A stretch of 64,000 nucleotides of DNA from Pocillopora damicornis (Eukaryota), in NCBI RefSeq assembly GCF_003704095.1, contig NW_020846166.1:1-64000 (forward strand). Direction: 5' to 3'. Both the position numbers and the translations under genes were made by a program. Below are positions 21,908 through 36,900 of the stretch, one piece after another. The notes beneath the pieces are model-generated. The model was not told where the DNA came from. It saw only the letters and a list, made by a program, of their open reading frames with translations, and made no database searches. The number at the start of each line of letters is the position of its first letter. The stretch's first letter is position 1.

Positions 21908-24227
21908 CCCTCTTGGGCTGGGCACTATTCACTTGTGCAACATATACAATGAAAAAGTTATTCCTTTAACAAATGGGTGAATACATTTTATTGTCAAGTA
22001 ATCCCCTTGCCTTCATCGAAGGTAAATCCGATTATTTTTTAACAATATGCACATGGTTAAATTTTTATTTGCTAAGGAGAAGGTTTTAGGTCAATTCTTG
22101 AACCCACTGATGTCAAAGTGGAAACACAAGGGAATAAGAGTTGAACTTCTCACAGTTGATCGTTTTTAATTGCTTATCTTTCAGGCCATTTCTAATTTTC
22201 ACTAGGAACTATGCTTAGCTGATAACATATTTATGCTATAGAAATTTGCGGCACTCTGTTTTCCTGAGAAGTGGTATTTTGTTGGTTATGTAAGAGAATT
22301 AAGACAATTAATATTTAATTTTGATAGGACTGTATGTGAAAGTTAGAAATTATTTATTTTCAAGGTTTTGTATATGATACATTGGTGAGAATAGTGTTTC
22401 TCCAAATGGAAATAAAAAGGATAGAATTGTAGCCACCTTTTGCTTATGCATTTTTAAGAATTCTTTTAGAGAAAAGCTAAAGTTGTTCCTTATCCCAACC
22501 AGATCAGTAGTTAAGAATTCCAACAGGTGATGACAAGAGGCCAACTTACTAGAGCAGGTGGGTACCTTGCTACTTGTAACTATTTTCATAGAGGACCTTG
22601 TGCCTGTTAAGAGTGGTTTGTACTCATGCCCTAATAATTTCCCTAGAGAACTAGCAGTATGCCATGGAAAAGGCGTAACCCTCTTCTTGAGACAAATCAT
22701 ATTCTTTAATATTGGTGCACTTTTTGCTCGAGTGTTGCTACACCAAAACCAAAGTACTGGTAATCGCAATGGTTATTCAGGACAAAGGGAAATATCACAA
22801 CTGAAGCAGCTGAGCATTTTGCAATACAAAGAAATGTGTAGAAATTAGAGGGGAGAATTAACAATCAGATCATGGGAGTTAAAGGGTTAGCTCATAATTG
22901 TTTATTATCCAACTGACCATTTGTTATTTAGAGTTAGACGGGAGGGTGGGGAAGGGGTTGGGAGGAAAGTTGAGGAGATATTCAATGCCCCACCCCTTCC
23001 CCTCTCCTTTTTTGATGTCACTCACCCCCTCTGTATAAATTTATTTCTCTTCCCAGCCTTCAGCTACCATCAAAACTCACCAACAGATTACTGTGAAATT
23101 GCTTGCCAAAATATTGCCTGATCTATAGTCTAAGTGTGTGGTAGAGGGGGAGGAATATACCATTACTAAAATTTTCCATGAAAGATAACTTTTTGTGACC
23201 ACTTCTTAACTCATGCTAGGGCTGTTTGAATGTTATTTCCCCAAGCACAATCCTCATGAAACAATGTGAATAGATTACAATACTAAATATTTTACTAGGC
23301 TAAATTTATGATAAGCAAGAAATGTTGTCAGCACTGAAAGGTAGGGGGGTGGGGTGGGGAAAATTGCCTGCCAAATGGTTTTAATTTTTAACCTAATTGA
23401 TTGAGAAAGTTATGGACCAATCACAGAGTGAGAAAGGGCAAAACTAAAGCACTCAACCAAACATTTCTCCATGTAGGAGAACATGTACAGTCAACTCTCC
23501 ACTAATGGACACTTGTGAGCAGACAGTTCTTCATATGAAAACTCTTTCAGATTCTCTTTTTTTGCCTCCCAGTCAAACTCTGTATTTACACATTTCCATA
23601 AGAGGACACTTTCCTAATTGTGCACAGACATTTTTGAAATAGAAAAAATTTGAGTTTTCTTACTCTGGCAATAAAATCTGTCTTGAATTTGCAAATCATC
23701 AAATATAAGACCTTTGATAGAGCAATGGAACAGTAGAATACAATGGAATGCAATAATAAAGAAGAAGACGTTCCCAAAGAAGTTTGGTGCAGTACATTGT
23801 ATTGATCAGTGGATTTTGTGCGGTCCAGCTAGCAGTGGACAAGCGCCACTATAGTGTTGGATGACACAGAAATCGCTATTTTGTGGCAATGTAGTCAACA
23901 TGCTCATTGAAGCTTTTGATCACCTTACTTTTGCCATGGTTTTTATTGACTTGCATCACGTGTTACCCAAACAAACAAATCACGTAACATAAATAATCAT
24001 GGGAATTTCATTTTACTTTTACGCTCCATTTTTAGGAGTCATTAAGCCCTTTTAAACAGAGAATAAATACTTTTTCATGTCTCTGAGGTCATGACTCCCA
24101 CATCTCGCCTTTAAAATTTCTCATATCCCACATTCTGCCTCAGTTTAAAGCCTCATTCCACATCCTGCCAAACCTATGTTGGACCCTCAAAATTGAGATG
24201 TCTGTTAATTTTTAAAAATTTTTTTAA

Positions 24228-25862
24228 TTAGATCTTCTTATTCAAATATGAATCAACGGCTTTCCACAGAGCAGTTATGTTGCCTGCTCCAAATCCTGTA
24301 GCCCCACATCGCTGGATAACCTCCAGGAAAAAGGTTTCTTTGTTAAAAAGTGGTCTAGTAAAAACCTGCATCAAATATCTGTAAAATAACAACAAAAGAA
24401 AGGTAGTTAATTCACCATAAATACCTCCCACTAACAAAATGTTAGATTCCTCTTTGGAATCTCATCTTAACTCACTTGTTGTCAGCATCTTGGTTTACAT
24501 TCATATTTTCCAAAGATGAGGCAGTGCTTTTGCTAGAGGTGAAGCTCTCTGCATCCAACAGAATACCATGTTTCTGGAGAGACTCCACACTCTCTCCTAC
24601 ATCTCTTATTTCCTGCACTTTATCTTCCTGTGAAGTGAGATTGATCTCGTCAGATGTGTCCTCTTAGAAGATTTACCAGTTGCCTATAGGCTCTTGCAGA
24701 AAAAGTTGGGATTGCCTAGCTCCTAAAAACTTTTGTGAAAGTAAAGTCACACCCAAATAAAAGTTCCTCCAAAGACCAAAGTTAGCTGACTTTAGCACCA
24801 TGATTCTGTTGAGAGTGAAACCCTGATACACTGGCTAAGCCACAACTACACTTAAAGATGAACTAATGTGCATGTATGGCAAAAAGGAAGCCAATTGTGA
24901 TGACCTTTCCAAAGATTGTTATCTTGATCAAACACCAAATTCTTCCAANNNNNNNNNNNNNNNNNNNNNNNNNNNNNNNNNNNNNNNNNNNNNNNNNNNN
25001 NNNNNNNNNNNNNNNNNNNNNNNNNNNNNNNNNNNNNNNNNNNNNNNNAGGGTTTATTACACAACCCTGAATGATTTTGTCAATTGAAACAAATGTTCTA
25101 ACCTTGTCCAGGGAGAGGTTCTGCGAAAACGAACTTTACGCCTCCTCCTGGTTCATCGGTGTCTATTCTCAGCTCTGATTCCGAGCAAAACCAATACTGC
25201 ATGGCTGCCAACTTCATCCCGATGCTCGCTCCTTGTATTGAGCTCTGCACAATGAAGCCGTCCGATTTCTCGTCAGAGCTGATATTAAACCTACTAAACC
25301 CAAAACATCGCTCATACCATTTCATTATCGCCTGAGAAGTCCCTAACGAGCATGCAAACGTAATGTGATCAAAGTGTGTTAAAATACGATCGCCAATCAC
25401 TGTATTCTTGTTTGACGTGATCGATGGGGTTACATAATCAAATCCTTCGCGTAACGCTCTCTTGTCACTTCGATGAAAACCCGGCAAAAACACACCGTTG
25501 TAACCAGAAGCATTTAACAATGTGTGAACAACGTTCCCTACAGGAGTTTGTATAACGGCAGATTCCACCACTCCATTGCTATCAGCCAATGTTTCTGGTC
25601 TTTTGATAATTTTCCCGTCATTTCTTTCTACATTATCCACCACATTTTTCACATCTTTGACTTCAAGGGCAACATTGTAAACGGTGTCTCGCTCACCGGC
25701 GCCTTCGCTCAGAACAAAGTTTATAGAGTCCCGGTTCAGAGTGACCCGATTAGGAAAGGAAGACGAAGCAAGCACTCTAAACCCAAAGTGTCCGCATAAT
25801 TGCCTCAAACTTTGCTGAAGATTTTGACAACGTATTTCGACATGATGCAAACGAACCACCAT
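24228..25862 (-). CDS. HPDL: 4-hydroxyphenylpyruvate dioxygenase-like protein; exons 25862-25103, (an exon probably lost in gap 24949-25048), 24627-24476, 24378-24228
   Basis: Glyoxalase/VOC-fold N-terminus, [14 protein letters not shown], and C-terminal [11 protein letters not shown]...[23 protein letters not shown] typical of HPDL. Confidence 0.88.
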
Positions 25863-27827
25863 GTTTCTTTAATTCAGAACTAGTACCAGTCTCTACTCAT
25901 ACGAACCAAGTCCATTTCAGCCCAGAACTTTAACGGGAGGGGTAGTAAAGATAAAATGCAACCCAGTGCGGTGAGATTGCTCATTCTAGGATCGTTACCG
26001 GCGGTATTGCCCTCAGTAGCGTAGTATTTCACAGACTGTAGCTTGCGGTGTATTATCATCGGAGATGGCCAGAGAGGCACGTGTGGCACGGCTTATGCGC
26101 GCAGGTTGAGCTTAAGCGCGCGTGAAAGGTGTGGTTACCCCGCTATAGCTGGATACCTTACTTAATCCCTTACCGAAGCACTGCAGGCTACGGTAACTCT
26201 GGATCCTTTACTTCTTGAATTCCTCAGCTCGAACTTGTGGCTTTGCAACTCAAAGTTTTGTCCCTTTCGTATCACTCAAGTGGTTCCTTTTCCTTCTTTG
26301 CCGCAATCAGTGAACTGATCGATTCAAACAAATCATGCAAAAAGTTTTTTTCAAACCTGTATAAATGTATTTCACGTAATTTGCACCTAATAAGGTCAAC
26401 GACTATGCGTGTGACAGTAGCACAGGGAGGTGATTTTTTTAGGGATATGTGAAGAATCAAGGCCTAAGAAATTCGCAAATTGTATTCGCATTGGGGCACC
26501 AAAACGACCCACACCCACCCAAGAAATACGCGCCAAGGTGCAGATTTGCTTCGGAGTTTTCACAGCTTACATGGGCGGTTCAATGTGTTTTCAAATGCTT
26601 GTCAACATTGTCGAGAAACATTTATGATCCTGATTGCGAAAAAAAATTGTCATTGAAGATGGGGGAGCTCGCGAAAAAAGTAAATGGACTTTAGTCTCAA
26701 ATCTTTCTTTTCTCTCCGAATCACTTTTCACGTTCACCCACTCAGATAGCAAAGGCTAAGAGTGCTTATCGTGGAAAGACTATAGTAAACCTTTTGAGTT
26801 ATTTATCCATTTTGAATTTTCTAAGCAAATCTCCCATGTGAAACAAACTTCGCTCTCAGGGAAAGACCCTGGGTCGACCATGGGAGCGAGGCTCCTTACC
26901 CGCCCACTGTAACGCCCCCTTTCGGCTTCAGATGAATGCCGGGAATCTACAGCGGGAAAGAAACAAGAGCAGAAAGACTTCTCTTGTGTTGGGAAATTCC
27001 GAGGCACAGTTCCACGTGTAATATTCTGGTAAGGAAAACTAATTTACGAACTTAAGTGATTTGATTATTGCTTTCTCTATTTCGTGGGTTTCACTCCACG
27101 GTGCGTAGATCGATTCTTTGAAACTACTTCGTGATACAGAAAACTCGATTTGATAGACGTGAATTTGAAATATAATTAGTTAGCGCACCTCGTACATTTT
27201 TGTAAATTCTCGATTGATAGCTGTTGCTCCATTTTAGGATATATCTTATTTTAGGCAAACAGTAAAATCTTTTTGTTTCAAACGGTTAACGTGAATGTAT
27301 TACTACGGCGAACAGGTACCAGAGCCCCGTGAGTCAAATTGAATCTCAAGTACGTTTACAAATAAACGTATCGCCTACCGGTACTTTTGATGAGAATGCT
27401 AACGCGTAAATTAAACGTAATACTACATGTTACATTTCATTTTCTTATTTTTGAGAAATTAATCGATGAAGTACAATTTAACCCAGATTGCACCCAGCTT
27501 AGCTGATTACAAAATGTAGTGATCATTTGCTTGATTACTTTGTGAATAGGTTTTGTTTATTCATTGTGATGAATGTCCTAGTAATAAAGATATGTCCTTT
27601 GTCAAGTAATACTTATCTTCTTCATATGATAAGGTCAGTCAAAATGTTTATGCACTTGAACTCCCTCTGCATTAAGAAAAAAATTCCATAAAGAGAATCC
27701 TGTAGGATTCCCCCAATGTAAAAATCTTGTTAGTATTTTACGTAGGTTTGCTTCGTTTAGAATGTTACTGGAGACATTATAAATAAATGATGCAACAAAA
27801 TACACTTTTTTTCCTTTATTAAGAAAC

Positions 27828-30800
27828 ATGGAAACGCCAAGATTGGAAGGTGGAAGAATTAATTTGGATGCCCCTCGTTATGACCAATCAACATTTCTTG
27901 GACGTGCTAAACACTTTTTCACAGTTACCGACCCAAAGAATATTTTGCGTTCAGCGAAAGAACTTGATGATGCAAAAGAACTTCTTCTAAAGTACAGGTA
28001 AGAAACCAATTGTCCTGGGAAGTACCAAGTTCAATTTAGCTAATTGATTTTGCCTTACAGTTACATTAACCCTTTAACTCCCAGAAGTGATTAACATAAA
28101 ACTTCTCCCTACAATATCCATACATTCTTCAGCAAACAGGTAATAAGAATATTCAAATTTATCGGGTAGAAGCTGCTATTGTGATCTGGCACCAAGTTCC
28201 CATAACTAATTTACAAGGAAATGTGTAGCAGCTACAGGGGAGAATTAACAATCAGATCTTTGGATTTAAAGGGTTAAAAAAAGATATGATACTTAAAAAA
28301 CATGAATGAGACAAGGTTGCCAGTAAGCCTTTATACAGGCCCAAGTGGCCAGTGCTTAACTCCAGTTTTAAGGTGGCCAGTGGAAGCCAATAAATCTCTT
28401 ATAATGGACTCTCCTGTAATAATTCTTTACTAGTATTACAATTTTAAATACCAATTTTGTGATTGTAATGCTATCTATTATATATACTTTTCGACTTTGT
28501 TGAAGGGCTTGAAGGGAAAATATCTGGCTCAGGCTTTTAACAAAGAGACCTGGTGTAAAATATTGTCTTGTTCAACTCAGCCTGACTCATTTATTAAGCA
28601 TTTTATAGAAGGATGGAGTTTCTTTCTCCTTCTTCCTTTCTTCTTTCACAAAGCTGTAGGACTTTTTCTAGCTCTGCTTGCTTCATTGTGTATGCCCACC
28701 ATGCAGGGATTTTAAGAAGTATTTTTCAATAGAAATGCACATGGGCTGTATGGAATATATGATAAATATTATCCTTACCCATATAAGGTTGTGATCTTAA
28801 GCTTAGGTTAAAAAAGTGAAAAAGACATAGAAAGAGAACAAGAAGGGAAGACAGACGAACACTCAGACACACTTCAAAGAATAAGGATTGTATTTGTGTA
28901 ATTGCTTTTTTGTTTCAGAGCTTATTTGCAAATATTTTAATTAATATGTTTCTTGTTTCCTACTGCTGTGAGTTCTTTTTGTTCAGCCAACATGATTCAA
29001 TAGCATTACAGTGTTAGATTTAGGTTATCAAATAAGAAAGGCTCTAAATTTTACACTTATTACTAGTTACTCATCAATTTTTGCAGGCAGAAAAAAGAAC
29101 CTGCTGGAACCACTGATGCTCAAATATGGACTGCTAAGAAAGTCTATGAGTCAGCTTTCCATCCTGATACAGGAGATAAAATGTTCATTATTGGACGAAT
29201 GTCAGCACAAGTACCAATGAACATGTCAATATGTGGTTGTATGTTGACATTTTACAAGTTAGTATCTCATGTTTTATTTCATGTTGTAGTGTAACCAGTA
29301 TTGAGAGGGCATACAATGTATCCCTTGCTTGTATACCCTTTAACCCTAGCTCTAACTCCCAAGATCTCATTAGTAATTCTCCTTACTTTCTCCTATACAG
29401 TTTTTGTGATGTTAGTTTGGAGAATTTGGTATTGGATCATTGTATAATCCCCTAACTGATATTTTTCTTTATTCTCAAAATTTGTCTACTTGATTTTGTT
29501 TCAATATTGTAAGGAGAAATTCTGTCTTGGTCACTCATGGGAATCTAAGGGGATAAACTCTTGGCAGAAATGGGTGAAAAATCAGCAACATTTTGAATCT
29601 GGTAGTTTCAGTTTAAATCTATTATAATAATGTTATGAAACTTTGGTGAAGCTCTAAATTTTCAGAATGCCTGAAATCATTATTAATGAATTTTTTTTCA
29701 GGAGCACGTCAGCTGTTCTCTTCTGGCAGTGGATCAATCAGTCATTTAATGCAGTAGTGAACTACACAAACCGGAGTGGTGACTCTCTGATAACAAATGA
29801 GTAAGATGATATCTTGTTCTTTGACAATTTATTTCATGCCATATTTCTTGTGTTTGTAGAATATCTATATTTTAGTATAATTGTTCAGGTGATTTTGGAG
29901 ATGTGCATGCTCTGATTGGCTGAGGATTGCATCATATCTTGCTATTTTCATTTCTTGTCATATTCCAATTTCAAGGTGGCTGCATTGCATTTTGTCAATG
30001 TGTCTGAGGAAATGATAAACAAAATTTAGTTGAGAAGAGCACAAAAGATGCTACTGAGACTGATAGAACACTTTTCAAAAGAAAGTTATTAAGTTTTTAC
30101 TGATTTAATTGAATAAACCTGGTAAACTTCTTGCTCATCTTGATACAAGTCATCACTGCAATTATACAAACTATGCACAGAGCTTTCCTTATTTACAGAA
30201 TTTATAACAGAATTTGAAAGTGCCTGAACAATTATACCAAAACAGTTATTCGCCTCAGTGGTGTCTCATAATCTGTTTTAAATGTTAAGTATTTATAGTG
30301 TATACTAAAACAGTGGATAGCATTGAAGGCATGCTCTGATTGGCTAATCATACTCCGAATATCTTTTGCTATTCACCTCCTAGGAATGCAATGGGATTTA
30401 TACCCAAACATATTGTAATTGTGGAATGAATAAATAAGTTAAAATCATCTTTTTGTGCTATCTCTGTCTCACTGTCTTAGTATTAACAATAAAATAACTC
30501 TTCAGAACTACTAACCACCGATTACCATCAATGAATATTATGTTACTTTGAATGATATTAATAACTATTAATTCCTTTGACACAGACAGTTGGGAATGGG
30601 ATATGCATTTGCCACAACAGGAGCTGTTGCTGTTGCCTTGGGATTAAACCACTTAACTAAGGTGAAGTGCAGTCCCCTTTTGCATATTCAATAGGCCAGC
30701 AGTAAACATGTTTAAACTCAGTTATTAGACAGGCCAGGCAATGGTCAACCATGGACTTGTAGAAGTTTTTGGTCTAACTGTAGATCTAGAAGTTTGTCAG

Positions 30801-33800
30801 GTGCCCAGTGGACAGAAAACCTAAATAAAATATTTTATTTCATGAGTCTGCTGCTGTGTTTTGGTTAAGCAACTGACGAAAAGTTATCTGTTATCTGCAC
30901 TTTGTAACACCATCAACAACCAACATGATTTTTGTGAGAAGGGCACTGATTTGTTCCCATAATCCAATAACTCCAAAGGATTATAAAGTTCAAACTTTAC
31001 TGCCTATTATAAGTCTATTTGGGATAACCATTAATTTTGATTGTTTAATTTTACAGTCAGCTCCACCTTTGATTGGTAGATTTGTTCCATTTGCCGCTGT
31101 TGCTGCGGCAAACTGTGTGAACATTCCTCTTATGCGACAAACGTATGTGAACTCTCCTTGCTGACTATAAGTATAAAAATTAGGTAATAACGTGATTTCA
31201 AGTGATATTTGGTGTTAATAGGCAAGAGTAAATTTTTCTAAGACGACAAAATTGCATGACCTAGTAGGGCAAGTGCAATTTGCAGTCTGAAAAATTAACA
31301 AGTGCTTATTACACCAAATTGCAAGAGAAATCATGTTATTATTTGTTGATAAGGCACATGAAAAAACATCACAGAAAGTTAAGAAGGATGTGCATGCTAA
31401 ATGTACTTGTAGTTTGCATTTATGTTACAACTTTGCACTCTGTTACATGCACTCATTTTCAGTCAATCAGAAGGGTGTAATTTCTTCATGTTTATTATTA
31501 AGTTTTAAATAATTGTTTTCAGTGCATATCTCTTACATGACAGTAAAATAGGTTTGATTTTTTTTACATGGTACAAATACAATTGCTTCAAAGGAGCACT
31601 AACTTGTCCTTTTTTAGTATGATTATTGCATCAACAGAATGAAAATCTTGATTTATCCTAGATTTGATTGATCTTCCTTTATTTGCATGGGACTTGAAAT
31701 CCTGGATCTCACATTTTTCTCTTCATCAGTTAGCTGTTTTACTTTGAAGTAGAAAAGAGTTTGATTAATTTTATACTTGTCTTTCTTTAATTAAGTAAGT
31801 AATTTGTTTCTGATTGCAGGGAGTTATTGAGGGGAATTCCTGTAACTGATGAAGATGGAAACAGAATTGGAGAATCAAAGGTGAGCATTTTCTTCAATTG
31901 CAGTTTTTTTTTCAGATTATACTAACTTAATATAGAAGTCATTATTTTTCCTTTTGTCCATCCTCGACCCCCCTCCCCCTTCAAAAAAAAATTGCTCAGT
32001 TTCCCACAAATTTTTTATTCTACTTGAGTGCATTTTTAAATAATAATTTTTTTTTATTTCACCAGTCAGCTCAGAATTTACCTCCTTTCTTACTCTCTAT
32101 AATGTAAAAAGATGTTTCACTCTGTACCACACCTTGCCTATGCTTTAGTTAAATCTTGCTGGCCCAGAAACTGCTTGAGTTGATGGGAAATAGCCAAGAT
32201 TTGCTGACAGACAACCAGTAGTCTGCTATGGAGAACTGTTCTTCACTTTTACTCAGACAGTTTGACCTCCCATCATTTATTTTCAGTTCAACATATTGCA
32301 CCAAATTTGTATAAAGTCTGCCAGCTCAGCCAATACATTTTTATCTGCTCTTTTCACATTTCAGGCTGCAGCACGGAAAGCCATAGGAAGTGTTGTGTTT
32401 TCCAGAATAGTTATGGCATCTCCTGGAATGTGTAAGCTTACCATAATGAGTTTTTTCCATGGTTCATAATGTCATTTAATGTTAGACATTGTCATAATAA
32501 ATTATTATTAATACTACTTAAGTAAGCCAACAGTCCTTTAACATGTAAATTATCAAGAATTAATTGCATCGCTCATATTTTCTTCATTAGTCAACAGCAT
32601 ATTACAATATTGTATCGGAGTTTTTTTGGATGCTTTAGTGACTGGCAATATTGTTGAATCTATGAGATTTTTATTAACTTATAATTATTAGGTTGATCAC
32701 CACAAAAGTGGAGAAGATGTTTTAGCTTGCTATGGTGTTGGTTTCATGTGCAATGTAATTTGAGATGTCCAGCAGTATAGAGCCATTAAAACAAGCTACT
32801 TGAAAGGCACACAAAACTACTAGATAAAGGCAAGCCAAGATACTCTGAGTGCTTGTTAGTTTTCTTCATTGGGCTACTCCCATTTGGCTATGATTAGGGT
32901 CCTCTGGGCAGGCTTGTAGTGGATGTGTTTGTAAACTTGCAGTAAACCACTTAACAGTATTTTAACATTTTGCACCTTTTACTTTCAGCTATCCCACCAA
33001 TTATAATGAACTATCTAGATACAAAGCCATTTATGAAGGTAAGCTTTGGTTAAACAAGTTTGTCTTTTGTCTCCATTTCTTTTTCTCTAACCCAGCTTTG
33101 CTAAATTTTAAATTTTTGTCATTTTTATGGACTGAAATAGGTTCAAATGTACTGGCAAATGTTAAGTGACTGAATAGTTTAATAAAGAAATGATTGTATA
33201 GTTTAGTAAACTTATGAATGAACAAATGTGAACAAATGTGAACAAATGTGTAAGGTAATGAATTTATTTGTTTATTTGATTATAATTGTTGATGAAATAT
33301 GGGTATTATACACCAATGGCTTCTTGACATCACCTCTTCAGAGGGTGGTGTTTGTTTTTCATTAGATAATGTTTGAATATGATATATAAAAATTCTGTCT
33401 TTGTTATAATCTTAGCGGTGGCCAATTTTAGCTTCTCCAATTCAAGTTGGATTAGTGGGATTGTGGTGAGTATGATACATTTAGACAACCATACCTTGAG
33501 ACTGATACCATATTTATTCAAAAGTTTTGATATTATATTAACTTGGAAAGGATTCTAAGAAAAAGACAGTGGTATATAACTTTTTAGTAATGATTGGTGA
33601 ATAAGAGCAATACCAGCCTCTTGAAATTTAAGAATTTGCTTAAAATGAAAAAAAAGAACCAGTACTCCAAGAAGAATAAGGGATTCAAAGCATCACACTG
33701 GCTTTCGAGGTTATGGTGCAAGGTAGTTTTTGGAATTCTTCTATGGTTTATTTCCTGTGGTTGTCAACTTGAGGAGATCACTTCACCTTTTTTTGGGACT

Positions 33801-34664
33801 TATAGTGCTTTTTCTTTTATTCTTTTAAGCTTGGTGTTTGCAACTCCCCTGTGTTGTGCAATCTTTCCACAAAAGAGGTTAGTACACTGTATTATAGGCT
33901 GGAATACTTTCCAGTTTAATTTCCTGAAGTTGAAAACGCCAAAACATTGTAGTTGAAATTGTGCAGGACTCCTGTTAAAACCATTTATTCAGCTTTTACC
34001 CTAATCAGCAAGTGTGAAGTGGGTGATTAATGATGAACATATTATGCAAACTTTGACCAAAAATATGCAAATAGAAAATCAGTAAACAGCTTCTAGACTG
34101 TTTTTTCCAATTGTCAGCATTCATTAATGCTGTGATTTGTCAAATGTCCCTATGAAAACTGGCAACAATGAAAGTTGTCAGATCCCTCATTTTATCTTTG
34201 TAGGAATTTACTACTTTAGAGTTAGTGGTGAAATCATAAATACCAAGGCTATCGTGGTTTACACCAAGTGTTTGGTTCACAGATTACATGAAGAATGCCT
34301 CATCAAAATCACATTTTTCAAAAGATGAAATCCACAAATTATGCACCACAAAATACTACTGTGCAACCCCTTTCCTCTTAATGGGAAGCAAGAGGTTATG
34401 GGAGATAAATTTAGGATGGAAAGAGATACATGTAGGAGTGACTACAGTGTATTGCCTTGAACTGTAGGAGAAGAACAGTAAAAAAAACACAATAACAATT
34501 ATTGAGCAATTGTGATTATTTTCCAGCTATAAAACGAGTTGTTTTTTGCCTTTCCACCTTGCAGCTCTATAGCAGTCTCAAAACTTGAACCTGAACTTCA
34601 AGAAATCATCAAACAAAGAGGAGGAACTCCACTGAAATATGTGTACTTCAACAAGGGACTTTGA
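27828..34664 (+). CDS. SFXN1: Sideroflexin (SFXN1/3-like mitochondrial carrier); exons 27828-27997, 29087-29257, 29702-29800, 30586-30661, 31057-31142, 31820-31880, 32365-32431, 32989-33038, 33416-33465, 33830-33877, 34565-34664
   Basis: Spliced translation gives [29 protein letters not shown]...[51 protein letters not shown] and terminal YFNKGL*. All introns are GT-AG with consistent phases. Confidence 0.93.
28066..28277. mobile_element. piggyBac-type MITE, intact with TTAA target-site duplication
   Basis: TTAA|CCCTTTAACTCCC...TTTAAAGGG|TTAA. Confidence 0.8.
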
Positions 34665-35369
34665 ATCATGATATTACTATTAATTTATTAAGAGGAATTG
34701 ATCAGAATTTATGTGCAATTGTTGTGTGCATCTTATAGCATGCTAACATTTTTTAATCACCCAGTGTATCAAGTGAATTTTGGTATACTTTCTGTAAGGT
34801 TCAATTGCAATAAAATTTTAAATCAACTACATTAGAGGTATGTGGAAGTAACCATATAATTTTTACCTCCACCTAAATTGCAAGTTTCCGAAGAGTTGCC
34901 TGGTAACCTTTTGAAAATTGTGTCTGACTGTCTTAAAATTTGGGCTGTTGGTAGCCCCATTTGACGTCTTGTCCAGCAAAGAATTGTCATCCACACAATG
35001 TGGTTTCCATCATTCAGGTTGAATTCCTCAGTGCCATGTCATTGTGGCCAGGTTACCAAAGTTTTTTTTCTCCAAAGTGATATATTCCATAATTAAATTT
35101 TTTGCTCATTTGAAGACAACTAACAACAGGTTTTGCAACTCTTTGGAATCTCAAACAAGGAATAATAGTAAATTTTATGAAATGTATTAGATGGTAGAAA
35201 TAGAAAACATATTTTTCTGCAGCATACATATGCAATAATTCATGAATTCATCCTATTTAAGTTACAAAGATAAGTTATTAGAAGAAATAAGATATTTTTC
35301 ATGGTCTTGGTCTCAAGCATTGGGAATTTATGCAATGTTACATAGGATTTTCTAAATTTTTGAAGGAAT

Positions 35370-35581
35370 TTAACCCTGTAACTCCCAAGATCTACTTGTT
35401 AATTCTCCTCTCCAGCTGCTACACATTTCCTTGTTGATTAGTTACGAGAATTTGGTGTTAGATCAAGACAACAACTTCTAACTGATAAGTTTAAGTATTC
35501 TTATTACCTGTTTGCTGAACAGTGTGTGGATATTATTGGGAGAAGTTACATGTTAATCGCTTTTGGTGGCTTAATGGTTAA
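35370..35581. mobile_element. piggyBac-type MITE (opposite orientation to the 28066 copy)
   Basis: TTAACCCTGTAACTCCCAAGATCT...TTAATGGTTAA; internal sequence is the reverse complement of the 28066 copy. Confidence 0.7.
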
Positions 35582-36900
35582 GCATATGTGAATGTGTGTT
35601 CAAGTTAATCAAAATATGGGAGTTAAAATTTTATATACCATAAATTAATTTAGTGGTGAGTGACAGTTTTTTATATTATCGATGGTAGTTCAGTTTCATT
35701 CGTGGAATTTGGTTTTTGCAATTATTAACATTATTAAGAACCAGGAATTTAAATTAATTGTGTCAAAAAAAAATATGCACGGGTATCCTTTGTGTAACAA
35801 ACATGATAACATTTTAGAGGAGGTAAATTTCTGAATAAACCGTGGTGCTGTGCCAGTGGAAGGGTATAACAGGGTAATTTGGTATTATCAACATTATCAA
35901 CTGAGTCAATAAAAAAAATCGGCCTTTGTAAAGAGTTTCTTTATGGTGAAGAGGGTTTTGAAACTCTTTACAGTGGCCAATTTATGTTAACTCAGTTGAT
36001 AATAGCAATTTAACTGTTAATCATGTTCATAATTATGGAATTTTCCAGAACTGCAAATAAATCACATAGTGTTTGCTTTATGATCATGGTCTTTACTTTG
36101 TTGTTGTTGTTTTTTTATGGGGGGGGGGGGTGGGGAGGGTAAGGGACCTAGCTCTAGAGGCAGGATCATAATGGATAAGTACAAAGCATTGGTTTGAAAG
36201 TAATCTATCCCTCTCTAGCATAGATAATTCTACCTAGCCTAATTATATTAAAGGTGAGGGTTCTAGAAAAACTCATAGCCCTATGTCTCCCAAGTGGGAT
36301 TAGCATCCAATAGTCCACAAAGGGTGGAGTCAGGACAGGGACTTAGATTGGTCCACGAAAGAGGTGGGAGAGGTAATTTATAATAGAACCCACAAATGGA
36401 CCCTAAACCAAGACAGGGGATAAGGGATTCATACTTTCAGTGTGCTGCAAGCTTGAAATGCTGTTTTTTTTTGTTTTAGCTGTTTTCATAGTGCTGTATA
36501 GCATGGGAGATTGATAACAAAATGATCATCAATCACTAATGGGATCACAAATTACCATTTTCCTTTCTTCACAAGATGTATTGATATTTTCTGCTTTTTG
36601 CTTGTTTGTGCTTTTTCTGTGCTTTCTCAATGGGGTTAAACAATGAAGAGTGCAACCTTGACGGCGAGGGATTGGGCCGTCATATCCAAATATGGTATTT
36701 CTCCAATGAGAATATAAACAAGTCCTCACCACTAGTGGTTCTCTCTCTCACGGTCGTTGTGGTTGGAGTGGAATAGGAATTTCATGACGGTGTAACCGTT
36801 GTTACGTTAAAAAATTGGGTTATAATTTGAAAGACGAAACTGTATTTTTTGTGATTCGCCCTTTTTTTTTCGTTTTAATTTGTACTTTAAACCGCTAAAA

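Noticed and set aside
33219-33250. (TGAACAAATG)x3 direct repeat
   Set aside because: Simple intronic minisatellite with no spacers; not CRISPR-like
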